Below are positions 61,609 through 64,000 of a stretch of DNA of 64,000 bases, piece by piece (positions within the stretch are counted from its first letter, which is position 1; each line of letters opens with the position of its first letter). The translations under genes and the position numbers were made by a program. The stretch comes from the human T2T-CHM13v2.0 reference genome, Homo sapiens. The stretch is from NCBI RefSeq assembly GCF_009914755.1, contig NC_060931.1. The stretch is one strand, 5' to 3'. Below the pieces are notes generated by a model that was not told where the DNA came from, ran no database searches, and saw only the letters and a program-made list of their open reading frames with translations.

Positions 61609-62383
61609 TAATTTGTGAATCAGTAAGCCTTACTTTAGGAGGGCTTTCAATACAGATGAGGAATAGAAGGTATTAGTGAGATAGGGTGCATATACATTTT
61701 AAAAAGATTATGCTCATGTAAATGATAAACATAAACCTGTGCTATATACCCCGAGAAACTTCCACAAAAGCCACCTAGTTTAAATCTGACCAAGGAAGGC
61801 ATTCAACATACTCAGCAATACATTTAAATAAATAAATAAATAAATAAACAATGACACGTTACCAACAACTCCTCCTCTTGATATTCAATAACTGGTTTTC
61901 CATCTTTACTGTTTTTCAATTATAGGATTCCGAACAACCTACAAAGTTTGATAAACTGAAATTATACAATGAATTCATTAGACCATGTTTATTTTGCCTT
62001 AGTTTAAAAACTTTGCACATGCTACAGCACCAGAAACACAGCTTCTTAAAGCAGCCCCAAGAACGAATAAAGCAAACAGGAAGAACTTGATTTTAAAACT
62101 GCAACGAATTTTATTTTAATTTTACTTGGATGCAATAGCCAGAGAACTTTGCTAAATTCTGAATAGTAAAGATCACCCATAACTTCACCATACAATTTCA
62201 GAAAGATACACTGTGTATGTAAATACCATGACCATCCAGAAATTTTCTTCTGGTTCATTAAAGAACTGTCTGTTCTTCTGCGTATGTAAAGATTTTGCAG
62301 GTTTTGATGGGCTAAAGGTCCTACAAAGGTTAAAAAAATATGTTTGGGACAATTCTCCAGCAGCAGTTTTAAGAATTCACTGA

Positions 62384-62769
<386 letters not shown>

Positions 62770-63314
62770 TCTTCTTCTTTTCTACCTCATTTGGATGATA
62801 AAATAAAATCTTATTTTCCTCCTGAAACATGAGGAAACAGAAGCACATCATGAATAGAAACATTTCATCTTAGCTATTGAAAACGCTAAGTTCAGTGTCG
62901 ACCTCTTGTGTCGCACATGCTAATGACAAAACCAAAGAAAAACCGGTTTTAGAAAAACAGGAATTGTAATCCTAGCACTTTGAGAGGCCGAGGTGAGAGG
63001 ATCACCTGAGCTCAGGAGTTCAAGACCAGCCTGGGCAACACCGTGAGACCTCGTCTCTATTTAAAATAATAACAGGAATTATCTCATCATTGTGCAAATA
63101 CTGCCCAACAGTCAGAAGGCAATTTCGATAGTCAATAAGTCACATCTGAAGTAGCACCAGGTAATTTTTATGAAAACTCAAGTCTCCATATTTCTTTCCT
63201 AGAGCTAATCTGTAATACACCAATGCTTGTAAGAAATAAAGGTTTGCACATCTGCAGACACATAGCTCCCTGAAAATTAAATCCAGCCAGTTCCCAAGCA
63301 TTTGAACTGACGAG

Positions 63315-63481
63315 TTTTTTTTTTTTTTCTTTTTCTGGAGATGGGGTCTCTGTCACCCAGGCTGTAGTGCAGTGGCCCAATTACAGCTCACCTGCAGCCT
63401 CAATCACAAGCGATCCTCTGGCCTCAGCCTCCTGAGTAGCTGGAAATACAGGTGCGTGCCACCACACCTGGCTCATTTTTC

Positions 63482-63512
<31 letters not shown>

Positions 63513-63632
63513 GGTAGAGTCGGGGGTCTTGCTTTGTTGCCCAGGCTGGTCTGGAACTCCTGGCTCCAAGTAATCCTCCCATCTCGGCCTCCTAAAGTGC
63601 TGGGATTACAGGCGTGAGTTACAGCGCCCAGC
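63315..63632 (-). mobile_element. Alu (AluJ-like)
   Basis: Both arms, long central T-tract. Confidence 0.9.
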
Positions 63633-63721
63633 CTGGACAGTCTTTAAAAGAACTCTGACTTGCTGGTAACGAAACACAGCTCCGGACATCCTTTGAGAAA
63701 GTCGCCGTCCCCACCTCAGAA

Positions 63722-63820
63722 AACACACACACACACACACGTGTCCCGGAACTTACACACACACACACGTGTCCCGTAACTAACTTACACACACACACAC
63801 ACACGTGTCCCGGAACTAAT
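63722..63820. repeat. Compound minisatellite [(AC)n GTGTCCCG(G/T)AACT] x3
   Basis: Directly visible. Confidence 0.9.
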
Positions 63821-64000
63821 TTTCCTCATTTAGGTGAAAACTTTTACAGGGTCCTCCAGGCTTGCATCATTTGAAGGCTAGCGTCTGCCACTCTGCTTCC
63901 ACGCTTCTAGTTGGGGACTACCCACTTAACAAAGCCAAGTTCAATTTTAATTTCCCAGAACTGACGCAACGCAAAGCGCAAAGAGACTGAACCTGGGGTG

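Overview
Human (primate) genomic DNA, dense in Alu, L1 and LTR elements, with no intact protein-coding gene that I can support. About 1-60,240 is an OR7E-type segmental-duplication module. It holds a CpG-island first exon on the minus strand with a 73-codon ORF and a strong splice donor, a solo LTR12, a VPS51 retrocopy, a solo HERV-K LTR5, and two OR7E olfactory-receptor pseudogenes. Between the two OR7E copies lies a ~17 kb SATR1/SATR2-type palindromic satellite array. The array encloses a 4.1 kb LTR-less class I (HERV-E-like) gag-pol fragment and two hairpins matching the annotated MIR5692A1 and MIR5692C2. From about 60,240 onward is a partial unprocessed CCZ1 pseudogene (exons 2-5, minus strand), with an AluY inside exon 2 and a 2-nt deletion in exon 4. 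From memory, this combination fits 7q21.3 (OR7E7P, OR7E38P, CCZ1P1, upstream of ASNS); I could not verify the locus by search. The most interesting signals are the portable CpG promoter/first-exon cassette, the palindrome-built satellite and its higher-order and inverted architecture around the ERV fragment, and a VPS51 retrocopy of a cryptically spliced VPS51-L1 chimeric mRNA. Most ORFs in the supplied track are Alu, satellite or low-complexity artefacts.
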